Shown here: piece by piece, positions 50,270-62,910 of the stretch
How positions within the stretch are numbered: position 1 is the first letter of the stretch
Layout: every line of letters begins with the position of its first letter
Assembly: GCF_006345805.1 (NCBI RefSeq)
Contig: NC_042998.1
Location: 193,998,001 to 194,062,000 of the forward strand
Length of the DNA: 64,000 bases
DNA from: Octopus sinensis
Lineage: Eukaryota
Direction: 5' to 3'
Notes under the pieces: generated by a model
What the model was told of the DNA's origin: nothing
The model's input: the letters and a program-made list of their open reading frames with translations, nothing else
The model's database searches: none
Program-made: the position numbers and the translations under genes

Positions 50270-53062
50270 TTCTAGCAATTGTTCAGCGTCCCGCCCCTCC
50301 TGAACAACGCAGCAAAGTGCTTGTGAAAGGCCTCGCATAGCTCTTCTTGTCCTTGGATCTCCTGTCCATGTTCGTCTACCACAGACCTAATCGTAGCCTC
50401 CGCGTCACGACGGGTTTCTTCCGAGCGAGCCCATCCGGCAACATTGATACCCTCACGACCCATTGCACGTATCTTAGCCCCAACTCTGCATCCTTCGTGT
50501 TTGGCATTGAGGTGTCGGTCCAGTACCGATATCGCCGCCAACACTTGTGATGCAGAGCCCATTCTCAATGCCTCTTCTAATGCCTTAACTAATTCCCTTT
50601 CTACTCTAGTCTGCTCTAGACTTAACTGTTTGCTAAATCTAATCGACTCAAATCGAATGGCTCTTTTGATGGCACTCCACCACCGGTTGTTAATCAATGA
50701 GCCGGTTAGTGCTCTCTTTATTAACACCTTAATCTGGCTACGGTAAGCTTCGTAATCAAATAGGGTCTTATTCAACTTCCAGTAGCCAGATCTCTGTCTA
50801 TGAACCTTATCTATATGCACCCTAATTTGTGATCCGTGTAGGGTACATAGGTGAACTGTGGACAACTTAAACTAGACTTATCTCTACCACTTACTATAAT
50901 CCTATCTATATAAGACTTGATCCATCCGGCATTGTTAGACCAAGTCCACATTGGAACGCTCAGATTATCAAGTCTATATCGATCTGTCAGCCTAAATCAC
51001 TTCAGCAGATTGACGAGGCGTGAGTTACCCTTCCTAGTATTCGAGCCTACGCCATCCAGGTGTGCATCCAGAATAGCGTTAAAATCACCTAACAAAACTA
51101 ATGTCTTTGATGTCACCAGGATGTTCTCCAGACGTCGATAGAACTCATACCGTTTGCCTGCCGTTCCATGCGCATAGATGTCAACCAATCTGAAGACCTT
51201 ACTACTGTATGTTAGATCCAGAACGACCGACTCGCCTTCTGGGTCCACGAAGATCGTACGTGTCTGCAGGACCAAGGTTTTCCGGAGCAAAACTACCACA
51301 CCTCTGCTCCACCCACCTGGCTTGGAGACATGATGTTCTCGTAGCTATTCAGGGGAGTTGAGAAGGCCTGCCGCTTGTCCAGCCTGGTCTCTGTAGCAAC
51401 CATTATATCTATTTTGTGTGACCTGAGGTCGTCAAGGAGGCAAGCCTGCTTTCTCTTCGAGCCCAGGCCACGGACATTTAAACAAGCATTGCATAACGTG
51501 GCTATGTCAACTTATGAAAAAGGAAGGAAATCCAAGCTCACCTGCCTCACTTATCTTTCGAGGGGATTATTCTCAACACTTTTGAGACCAATTCCCGTCC
51601 CTCCTTTCTCTCGTACAAAAAAGGTTCAACCGCTGGGTTGAATACCTTAGGTAGTTCTATTAACGCAGCAATATCACTAGGGTGCCTTTTTTTTTAGGTC
51701 ATAGTATAGTGTTCTGGAGATTTTCCCCACCGTAGCTGGGTTCATTTTGTAGTCATTAACATATACATTCGTATCGTCGTTGGGTCTGATGACCCCGTCC
51801 AGATATGTATTGTTGCTTTTGTATGCAACTCTCACTGTGTCTTTTTTCCCCGGAATCTCAATTTTTATTGCCGCGAATGGGTTCTTTTTCCTTTTCTCTT
51901 TCAGATCTGGTTTCTTAATGATTTTGTTTTTTGGAACTTCTTCCTGTGTATTGGTAGGCGACACCATTTTCATAGTTCTCTTTCCTGGCACCGTCTGGAA
52001 ATCCATATTTTTAGTAGATGGTGTCTCAACTGACTCTGGTTTTTCGAGGCATTCCCCACTAGTGCAGGCGGTCGCCTCCTTGTCCGTGCGCATTGTTTCT
52101 TCCTCTTTCCCCTTGGGGTCGTTTTTACTTGTTGGGGTGGTCACTCTCTGTGTAATGGCCTCCCTGGCCGGGAGTGCCGCCTCTTTGTATTTTGTCTTGG
52201 GGTCATTGTTACTGTCCTTTTTACTGTCAGAGGCGGTCATTGGCTATGTAACGGCCTCTATGGCCGGCAATGCCGCCTCTTTATTTCCCTCCTTTGTATC
52301 GCCTTTCTTGGTAGATGTCTTTGTCACAGTCTCTGTGGCTGGATGTGCCATCTCTTCCTCCTCCTCTACTGCTTTCTTGTCCTTTTTTGTGGGGCATTTC
52401 GCCCTCAGGTGCCCTTTTTCCCACAGTGGAAGCAACTGGGCCTTCTTCCCTCTACATGTACTGCCACTATTGCTTCCATACATGAATTGTCTCTGGCAAT
52501 TCTTCCAGGTCCATACTCGTAGCCTGTGCCAGAATCTTCAGAGTTTGACCGCGCCAATTCAGTGGGTCGTCTCTGGAGATCTGTATGATGTTTATTTTGT
52601 CCTCTCTTTTTTATAGAGGAGCGTGGAAACGACCCATGCCACCTTCACATCCGGGATATGTTCTTGATTTTTATCCGGGACGTTCTTCGTCCCAGATATA
52701 ACGGTAGTAACATGATATTGCCAAGTTGTAAGGCTCAACTCGAGAACTCCCTTGCTTTTTCAATCGACTCAAATCTTGCTCCAATTGTGGCATACTTTGT
52801 GCCTCTGGCTAGGTATTTGATTTCACTCATCACCGGTCCGAGGCACTTTTCAACAGTGCTTTCTTCAAGGAATTCGAATCTTTTTTTCTCTACATCATAT
52901 GTTTTGTATATGATTGTTCTCTCTTTTGTCTTGTTCCTTATATCACTTGGTGACGTTATCTTACTCTCGCCATTTTGGTCTGGAACCGAACGACCTCGAC
53001 TCGATGTGAAGCTACAGTTTTATAGGGTGCAGTCAGCTCACCAAAGGTTTAGAAGAGACTGT
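50270..53062 (-). mobile_element. Tx1/L1-clade LINE: 5' UTR, frameshifted ORF1 with CCHC knuckle, ORF2 AP endonuclease; RT core absent
   Basis: ORF1 from the ATG at 52973 includes CFHCGKKGHLRAKC; ORF2 has LNVRGLG..VATET, LGDFNAILD, TDHK, GYWKLN. Confidence 0.85.
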
Positions 53063-53446
53063 CTCACGTGACCTTATCAGAAGGCTGCGATTGGTTGGAT
53101 TGCATATTGGCGTGCAATAGAGCAAGAGACAAGTTGCGCCAATACCAACCAATCAGAATAGTGGACACAACAGTGTCCAAAAGGGCCGCCGAAGGCTAGC
53201 TGTTATCTACTACGTCCGTATTTATGTATATATAACAGAGTGAGAGGAATTTCCCCCAAGCGTACGCTACAAAAGCTTGTACAACCAATTTCTCTAGTAA
53301 AATTTATAAATTATCATCCATGTTAAGTTTTTAAAAAATAAGAAAAACAGGGGGGGGGGGCACTGATCTACAATAACGATAAATAAATCTTTACGTTTAT
53401 GAATTTGTTTTGAAAGATTCCTGATGTGAAATTTAATGTTGAAGCA

Positions 53447-54361
53447 TCTGTATAAATATAAGGCAAGATGTGTGTGTGTGTGTGCGCGCGCGCGTGTGTA
53501 CGTGATTGTAGTTTATGCACATCCACAAATTACACGCATTTCGCTCAAATTTTAGGAGGGCCATTCGTCAACATCCTATCTGGGTTTTGTCAACTTATTT
53601 TTCCCCCCAAGGCACCCCACCCGCCGATAGCGGTAAAATTCTATTTTCAACCATAGCTTTTAGCCATAAAAATATCAGCCATTGCTTTTTGACAGCGTCT
53701 AACAAAAAAAGATAAAGAAAAGTGGAAGGAGGCAGAGAGTTTCACGGGAAAGACAAAGTGAGAGAGGTAGAGAGAGAGAGAGAGAGAGAGTAAGTGACGA
53801 CGTTCATAAAAAATAAAATGTAAAATGTTTTGTTTTTTGTTTTTATAATCATAGTATATATACTTTCTCACACAACAATTACAATATATTTATTTTAAAT
53901 CATTTATTTATTTTAAATCGTTCACCTTTCTCCCCCCCTCTCTCTCTCATACATATTACTTTGGGTGCGAAAGAGCTTTGTTTTTATTTTACGCCGAGTA
54001 AAAAAGTGTTTTGTTGAGAATTTGTCAGTGAATTACACAATATAAATGGGTACAATTTCCGAGGCTTCCACCACACCCCACTCCATTTCACGGACCACAA
54101 AAAGGGTTTTGTAGCATATTAGGATGCCAGAGTAGTTGATTCCACGCAAAAGAAAAACGATTTTTTTTCTTAGTGAAAACCGTGCGAGTGTTAATTTAAC
54201 AACATTTTTTCCATTAATTTCTGTTTATGAACAAAACATGCAATAGGTGTTCGTACGTACGTGTGAGTATGTGTGTTCGTGTCTGTTGCCCATATATATT
54301 ATATTATATTATATTATATATATATTGTATATATATATATATATCTATATATATCTATATA

Positions 54362-54392
<31 letters not shown>

Positions 54393-54593
54393 ATATATAT
54401 TATATATATTAATATATATATATTATATATATATTATATATTATATATATATATTATATATATATTATTATATATATATATATTATATATATCTATTCAT
54501 ATATATATATATATATATAATTATATATTATTATATATATATATATCATATATATATATATATATTATATATATATTATATATATATATATCA

Positions 54594-54627
<34 letters not shown>

Positions 54628-54787
54628 ATATATATATATATTATATATATATTATATATATATATATCATATATATATATATATATTATATATATATATA
54701 TTATATATATATATCATATATAGATATATATATATATATATATTATATATATAATATCATATATATATATATTATATATATCTATAT

Positions 54788-54831
<44 letters not shown>

Positions 54832-54867
54832 ATAATATATTATATATTATTATATATTATATATCCT

Positions 54868-54911
<44 letters not shown>

Positions 54912-55162
54912 ATATATATACATATATAATTATATATATATATAATATATAATATATATATATTATAATATATATATCATATATATAATATATAATAATA
55001 TAATATATATATAGTATATAAATATTATATATTAATATAACCAATTTCAACGGATTTCGCCCAAATTTGACGTCGATATTACTTAGTTTGGTTTGAAATA
55101 AAGAACTTGATTGCCTTAATAATCGTAACTTAATCCCGGGCAAGGCCGGGTTATACTGCTAG
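53447..55162 (+). mobile_element. Non-autonomous Helitron-like element containing a ~750-bp (TA)n tract (54290-55035)
   Basis: A|TCtgtataaatataaggc..; 3' gggcaaggccgggttatactgCTAG|T; pairing of the two ends is inferred. Confidence 0.6.
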
Positions 55163-55195
55163 TATTGTTATATTTCGGGATAATCATTTTCTTTT

Positions 55196-55376
55196 TGTAA
55201 AGTATAGAAGCCATCTTATCATGGCTAACCACATTGGGGAGGGGGTGTTACTGTAGCTTTATAGCCCCAAGAGATCGTCGTCTCTAGCTGGCTTTCGTCT
55301 CTTGGGGCTATAAAGCTACAGTAACACCCCCTCCCCAATGTGGTTAGCCATGATAAGATGGCTTCTATACTTTACA
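55196..55376. repeat. Perfect 79-bp inverted repeat with 23-bp spacer
   Basis: 55196-55274 is the exact reverse complement of 55298-55376. Confidence 0.95.
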
Positions 55377-55777
55377 TTATCGAGCGATTACTGTTTCAAT
55401 CTCGTTCTGAGATTTAATTATGCATTTTCTTTTTCTTGCCACGAAAAGATAATACGTGTGTTTACTGGGCAAGAAAATGGAAATTACTATACCGAAATAT
55501 AAGTAAAATAAGTCCTCGCAGTAAATGGGTTAACTTTTAGGATTGCAAGATGATTTTAAAAATAGTCTTGGGTATTCGTAAGCGAAACGAATATTTAAAT
55601 AAATATCATTAGTTTGAGCAGTTGTATACTGTCAACTTAATGTGACAGTCCCGTGAAAGGAATCACACCACCGCTATTTAGCCCTAGGAAGCATCAACGT
55701 TTCCTGTCGGCCTCGACACATTTCCTGTGTACTTATGTTTACAAAGGGAGACAAGCACCCCAACAGCTAGGCCTGCA

Positions 55778-55819
55778 TCTAGAGACTAGTTTCTGAGTTT
55801 TGCTCGTCATCAGTCTGGA
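55778..55819 (-). ncRNA. Minimal type I hammerhead ribozyme motif
   Basis: tccaga CTGATGA cgag[caaaa]ctca GAA ACTAGT C tctaga: core, palindromic stem III, GUC cleavage triplet; single mismatches in stems I and II. Confidence 0.7.
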
Positions 55820-55900
55820 GTAGCATGACTTGCTAGCTGCAGATGCTTGTCTGGGCTTTGTAAACATATAAGAATTCCAGCGAAATAAATTCACATAAGA

Positions 55901-56422
55901 TCTTATCTATATATAAAAAACTGTAGTTGTGTGAGTGTCTGTCCCCTTCGATTTAGATTCCTAACTACTCCCACATTTTGCGGTGCAGTTTAACCAAATT
56001 CGGGTATCTTATAGTCGTGATTCATATCGAGCCCGTCTGAGTATTAGCGCGCGTCTACGATGAGTCTACGATTTTAAAAATAATTTAACATCATTTTTTA
56101 TTCCATTTTAATGCATAGTTTTTCGTGTGTCGATGGCGGCGGAGTTGGCGTCACACGCTCAAACACCTGCACCTGTGTTTGTTCTCCCCCTTCTTCCCTC
56201 CCTCGTGAAGCTGTGGGGAAGGGAGTGTGTAAGGAAATCAACGTCGTAAAGCGTTGTCAAGGAGACCAGCGTTCTTTTAGAACAACGACTTCATGGCTTG
56301 AAGACACCAAAACAGAAATGGCTAAGAAAGCCCGAATTGGCATCTATAAGGAAGTAACTCTCTAAAAATGCTTATATAGTTATTTCCCTTACAAACCGAG
56401 CAACGCCGGGCGATACTGCTAG
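55901..56422 (+). mobile_element. Non-autonomous Helitron-like element
   Basis: A|TCttatctatatataaaa ... gagcaacgccgggcgatactgCTAG|T. Confidence 0.8.
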
Positions 56423-56423
56423 T

Positions 56424-56456
<33 letters not shown>

Positions 56457-56482
56457 ATATTATATATATATATATATGTATG

Positions 56483-56856
56483 TGGTGGTGTGTGGTAAGT
56501 AGCTTGCTAACCAACCACATGGTTGCTGGTTCAGTCCCACTGCGTGGCATCTTGGGCAAGTGTCTTCTGCTATAGCCCCGGGCTGACCAATGCCTTGTGA
56601 GTGGATTTGAAGACGGAAACTAAAAGAAGCCTGTCGTATATATGTATATATATATGTGCGTGTCTGTGTTTGTCCCCCTAGCATTGCTTGACAACCGATG
56701 CTGGTGTGTTTACGTCCCCGTCACTTAGGTTCGGCAAAAGAGACCGATAGAATAAGTACTGGGCTTACAAAGAATAAGTCCCGGGGTCGATTTGCTCGAC
56801 TAAAGGCGGTGCTCCAGCATGGCCGCAATCAAATGACTGAAACAAGTAAAAAGAGT
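56483..56856 (+). mobile_element. SINE family A
   Basis: Body and tail near-intact, CpGs retained. Confidence 0.9.
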
Positions 56857-56888
<32 letters not shown>

Positions 56889-57003
56889 ATTATATACATA
56901 TATATATATATATATTATATATATATATATTATATACATATATATAATATATACAATATATATATATATAATATTATATATATATATACATTATATATAT
57001 ATA

Positions 57004-57075
<72 letters not shown>

Positions 57076-57147
57076 ACATATATATACATATATTTATATA
57101 TATATACATATATATACATATATTTATATATATATACATATATAACA

Positions 57148-57181
<34 letters not shown>

Positions 57182-57270
57182 CGCACACACACACACCACA
57201 CACACACAACACATATATATATATAATATATATATATATCTATATATTATTATATATACACATGTATATA
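56857..57270. repeat. (TA)n microsatellite
   Basis: Direct inspection. Confidence 0.9.
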
Positions 57271-58096
57271 TGAATTGCTGTGTGGTAAGTAGCTTGCTTG
57301 CGAACCACATGGTTCTGGGTTCAGTCCCACTGCGTGGCACCTTGGGCAAGTGTCTTCTACTATAGCCTCGGGCCGACCAAAGCCTTGTGAGTGGATTTGG
57401 TAGAGGGAAACTGAAAGAAGCCCGTTGTATATGGATCCTTTCGGTTTGAACGGCAGTTTTTTCTAGCGGTGTCATATGAAATTGTCACCCATAATTATGA
57501 CCCTAGTATCGATCTATTGCATTTCAATCTGTTTTAGGGTTAGGGGTGGGGGAAGGGTATCTTTTTTTCTTCAGAAATGTAAATAAACCCAATCTGCTTC
57601 TTAAACGAGGGACATATCCATACGGCACAGAATGTTTTCACCTCAATAGACGTCATTGATTGGTGTTGGAAATGAACAGAATTGAAGAAAAAAAAAAAAA
57701 CAACAACAAATATCTTACAAACTATAGAATTTTCTCCATAAAGCCAAGAGAAAAAAATGTTTTATAAATACATTCTACCAGTATACGAAGTTTAAAAGTG
57801 TTTAGTTACGTGGAAATTATTTTAAAAAACTGCCGTTCAAACCGAAAAGATCCTCGTATATATGTATGCCTGTGTGTATGTTTGTGTGTCTGTGTTTGTC
57901 CCCCTCCCCGCCCAACATCGCTTGACAACCGATGCTGGTGTGTTTACGTCCCCGTAACTTAGCGGTTCGGCAACAGACACCGATAGAATAAGTACTGGGC
58001 TTACAAAGAATAAGTCCTGGATTCTATTTGCTCGACTAAAGGCGGTGCTCCAGCATGGCCTCAGTCGCATGACTGAAACAAGTACAAGAGTAAAGA
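57271..58096 (+). mobile_element. SINE family A split by a MITE insertion
   Basis: 5' half to 57432; 3' half from 57854. Confidence 0.85.
57433..57853. mobile_element. MITE with 29-bp GG-starting TIRs and 8-bp TSD (Merlin-like?)
   Basis: ggatcctttcggtttgaacggcagttttt / aaaaactgccgttcaaaccgaaaagatcc; TSD ttgtatat / tcgtatat. Confidence 0.85.
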
Positions 58097-59077
58097 GAGA
58101 GAAAATATATATATATATTGAGGTTATACGAGGTAACGGTGTCATTGACACACAAAGGGGTCAACGTTCTACACAGCCTTGGTTTTTTATTTCATCACGC
58201 AAACAATTCTCATATAATATATATATATAGTAACGCAGTATAATTATTTTACTTGTAGGCCTTTCGAAATTACTTTAAAAACCTGGCCATTAAAGTTACA
58301 ATAAAAGTCTTGCCATTACAAAAGTTAAAATTTTTAATAAACAAAATACTAAAGAGTTATTATTAAACATTATTTAGTGACTTTAAAGCGTTTACATGTT
58401 CGTTCCGCTTAATTGAGGTACCCAAGTCTATTTTTGCATTTTCCTAGATTGTTTTGGTTTCATTATTAGTCTCGCAGATATATAAATATTTACCTAAAAT
58501 CAAAGATCGCCAAATAGGCAAAAATTCGAAAAAAATTGTTGTTTTTTTGTCTTAAATGATTCGAAAGAATTTATTTACAGCAATTACAAGTCGCACTACT
58601 ACTTCTATGACAACGAAGGTGTGTCGTGAACTTTGGCCGTATCTGTTTGTATAACGTTTGACTCCCGTCGGTGCCTGATTTATTTCGATAATTCGTCTCT
58701 CTTACGATGGCAGCTAATATTATTACTAAGGTAAGCTAATACTTATTTATATTCAAATATAACGCTTTTTTTTCTTTAACCACTTCTGTTCTATGAATAT
58801 TGCATTAACCTTATTATTGTTGATCAAACACAGACTTTCATATGGTCGCTCGACTTGCTAAAAACAACAGCCGAATCACCCTCAAGTCAGTCCCCCCTCG
58901 TCAAAATATAGGAAGACCACATTAGATAGTGTAGTCTTAAAAAAGGTAAAATATACCTTTGGTCATATGCTTACTCGATCAGGGTTAAAGAACTCATCAA
59001 ATTCATTGAGAACGTTCATTCACATGATAAGGTCAAAAAATGTGCCACTAGTTATATGTGGTATAACTACAGATTTT

Positions 59078-60483
59078 TTTTGCCTCCCCCACCGACTTTG
59101 GATGATCATAACTTTCAGAAAAATGAATATTTTTAAATGAAATTTTCTACGAATATGTGATATATCATGTAGTTTCCGAATATACAACACTTTTTTGGGG
59201 GGAAGGTATTTTAGGAGGGGCTGAGGTGAGGAATTTCGGAAAATTCACCGGCGTCCACTTCAATTCGTCTTACCTTTCAAGAAAATGGATATTTTTTTTA
59301 ATGAAATTCTCCACAAATATACCCCCGGACTATGTAGATCCCGAGATAATAGATTTCTACTGAAGTAATAAACGGGCGATGAAGGCAAATGAAGCCCTCA
59401 CCAGAAAACTCATTATGCTAAAAATAACAGCTACAGGTCTGGTACACAGAAATATGTTAGTAAGAGGTCTTATCTGTTGCATACGATCATTTTTTTCAGG
59501 TAAACATTTCTAATTAAAAGGTAGAAGACACCAGAAGCAAAAATAAATAATATACACGCACAGTTAAATATAGAAGTGTAAAGTATAATTTGTTATATAA
59601 TCTCTATAGGAAGCATAATATTGGGTGGATTAATTACCCGTTTGAACTTTTTTAATTACATAATTGTTTGTGTGCGAGTGGTAGAAACAAATCTACGGAT
59701 GCACAAAACGCACGAACCAGAAAATGAAACAAATATGGACGACTTGTTCCGAAACACCCTCGGGTGGGGAACGGTTCTCAAAAATAACCCCAGTTGTTTT
59801 CCCCCCAAATTCGTATGTTCTCGGAATCTACGTAGTCCGAGGTATGTTTTTAGAGAATTTCGTTAAAAAATATCCATTTTCTTGAAAGTTAAAACGAATC
59901 GAAGTGGACGCCGGTGAATTTTCCGAAATTCCCCACCCCGCCCTCTCCTAAAACACTTTCCCCCCACAAGTTTTGGATATTCGGAATCTACATGATATAA
60001 CACATATTCGTAGAAATTTTCATTAAAAAATATCCATTTTTATGAAAGTTATGATCATCCAAAGACGGGGATGGGGCAGAAATCAGTCAATATAAAGAAA
60101 CCCAACCGGAAACAAAAGCAAAAATTAACCAGCCTGGAGGGCGTTAACAAGTATGTGGAAAACGAATATGAAAAAAAAAAAAAAATGCGCGCTGACGACC
60201 CCGGGGGGTGAGAAGGGGACTTTCGGAAAATTGACAAGATCCGATTTTTCAGTCATAACTTCTGGTGAAATGGATATATATTGATCTTTTTTACGGAATC
60301 CCACGTTTTGGGTTATGGAGGATCCGATTCTGAAAAAAAAATTTTTTTCAAAATTTCAATTACTCTCCCACTTCCTTATTTTTCACTTGTCCCAGATTTT
60401 TTTTTTTTTTGCGAAATACGTAGAAAAATACGAAGTTTACGATTCTGAAAAAAAAAAATGGTTTATAAATTTCAAATTTTCAA

Positions 60484-60514
<31 letters not shown>

Positions 60515-62470
60515 ACCTTCTACATATATATATATATATATAACCTTCTATATATATATATATATATATATCATCATCATCGTTTAACGTCCGTTCTCCA
60601 TGCTAGCATGGGTTGGACAGTTCGACCGGGGATCTGGGAAGCCAGAAGGCTGCACCAGGCTCCAGTCTTATCTGGCAATGTTTCTACAGCTGGATGCCCT
60701 TCCTAACGCCAACCACTCCGTGAATGTAGTGGGTGCTTTTTACGTGCCACCTGCACAGGTGCCAGGCGAGGCTGGCATCGGCCACGGTTGGATTGGTGCA
60801 TTTTACGTGCCACCGGCACGGAAGCCAGTCGAGGCGGCACTGGCTTTGGCCACGATTCGGATGGTGCTTTTTACGTGCCAATATATATATATATGTGTGT
60901 AGAAGGTTGAAAAGGAACACACAAGTTGATATATATGGATAAAAAGTCAAGGGAGAAAATGCAAAAATAATTTTATAAAAAACATTTCAGTACCGGTTTC
61001 ACTCATTGAGACTTTTTCAACTGTAAGTATGGAAAACAATTAAATTTTGGAAAAATTAAAAGAAAAGTTTTTTTAAAAGAATATTTGCATAGTATTCAAA
61101 TACAAGGGGCATTTTCCTTGTTTCTACCTGTCGTTGAACGACCTCGAACCCACATATTCTTAATCTCCGTATTTTCCCACGTAGATTGATGGAAAATAAA
61201 AATTTTTTTAAAGTTTAAAAAAGAAAGTTTGAAAAAAAAAGACCACTTTAATTTCACATGAATACTTTGTCATATTACTGTGGGAAATTACTCTGAAATA
61301 AATCTTTGCAGAAAGGTGAGTAGATTGATTGCATTATGTTATCGCAGTTTTGTAAGATTTGGCTGTTATTTCTAGCATGTGGATAGCCTGCTTGAAGGCC
61401 TGAGGGTATATATATATATTTTTTTTTGAAAAAGTGAAATTTTACAAACCGGTTCTTTTTTCAGAATCGTACATAATCTTCGAATTTTTCTACGTATTTC
61501 GCTAAAAAAAAAAAGAAAAGAAATTCTGGGAAAAGTGAAAAATAAGGAGCTGGAGGGGGTAATTGAAATTTTGAAAATGCAATTTTTTTGAAATATTTTT
61601 TTTCAGAATCTGATCCACCATAATCAAAAACGTGGGATTCCGTAAAAAAGGTCCATATCCATTTTACTGGAAGTTGTGACAGAAAAATCAAATCTTGTGA
61701 ATTTTCCGAAAGTCCCAGGATCGTCAGCGCACATTTTTTTTTTTTCATATTAGTTTTCCACATACTTGATAACACTCTCCTGGCTGGTCAATTTTGTTTA
61801 TGTTCTGGGTCAAACTAAAGTGTTTGATGCAGTGTTTGACTTGAGCCAAAAAAAAAAAAAAAAGAAAATAGTGCAATAGGTGTACAACAACATGTAGTAA
61901 ACGAATATGAAAAATAAGAAATGCATGCTGGCAAATGTGGGGAGAGGACTCGGAAAATTCACTTGCCCAAAGTGCCATGCAGTGGGACTGAACCCAGAAC
62001 CGTGTGGTTGGGAAAAATATTCATTTTCTTTAGGGAAAAAATTGGATCATGTGAATTGTCCTGGTCCTCTCCTCCTCCAGTTCACCAGCACGCATTTTTT
62101 TTCATATTCATTTACTACATGTTGTTCTACACCTGTTGCACTATTTTTTTGGAAACATTAACCTTTGGTTAATGTTTACTGTTTACATCTTGACCCAGAA
62201 ATGAAAATCCACCCAAAAATACTGGAATGGGTCTAAAACAATGTGTAGGAGATGGATATGATATAAAAAAAATGTGCTCAAAGCAACAGGAGGGTGGGGA
62301 GAGGACTTCAGAAAATTCACAAAATCTGAGTTTTTCCCTCATAACTCTTAGGAAAATGGGGTTTTATCAATGAAATTTTATAGAAATACCTTTCAAATGG
62401 CATACATTGTGATTATAAAGTAATTTATGGGGAAAATCATTTCCAAAGGGTGGGGAGAGGACTTTGGAAA
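59078..62470. mobile_element. Array of related fold-back (long inverted-repeat) elements
   Basis: IR pairs ~59078-59350/59810-60082, ~60100-60480/61420-61815 and ~61852-61962/62051-62150, plus a further module to 62470. Confidence 0.8.
60570..60880 (-). mobile_element. Family D repeat inside a fold-back spacer
   Basis: (cat)n cgtttaacgtccg... Confidence 0.85.
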
Positions 62471-62631
62471 TGAAATTGAGTATGCTTATATTTTAGTATT
62501 TCAACTGTTAGAGTTATTTTCACAATTTATCCAGTACAACCCTTAAACAAGTAAATAGTATTTTCCTAAACAATAGATCCACTAATTTCGGTTAGTGACT
62601 TATTCACAAATATACCAACACTAGTGGCCCT

Positions 62632-62910
62632 CATCATCATCATCATCATCATCGTTTAACGTCCGCTTTCCATGCTAGTATGGGTTGGACGGTTCAACTG
62701 GGGTCTGGTAAGCTATGGAGGCTGCACCAGGCCCAGTCTGATCTGGCAGTGTTTCTACAGCCAGATGCCCTTCCTAACGCCAACCACTCTGCGAGTGTAG
62801 TGGGTGCTTTTTATGTGCCGTGTAGTGGGTGCTTTTTATGTGCCACCAGCACAGGTGCCAGATGAGGCTGGCAAACGGCCACAATCGGATGGTGCTTTTT
62901 ACGTGCCTGC
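62632..62910 (-). mobile_element. Family D repeat
   Basis: (cat)n cgtttaacgtccgctttcc... Confidence 0.85.

Noticed and set aside
50130-50270. Possible Tx1 ORF2 C-terminus after an internal deletion
   Set aside because: Translation in three frames gives no convincing match.
51780-52616. 278-aa plus-strand ORF
   Set aside because: Antisense shadow of Tx1 ORF1.
1612-58096. Apparent plus-strand bias of SINE A copies
   Set aside because: Partial minus-strand copies exist (~4.7, 5.3 and 62.0 kb) and the sample is small.
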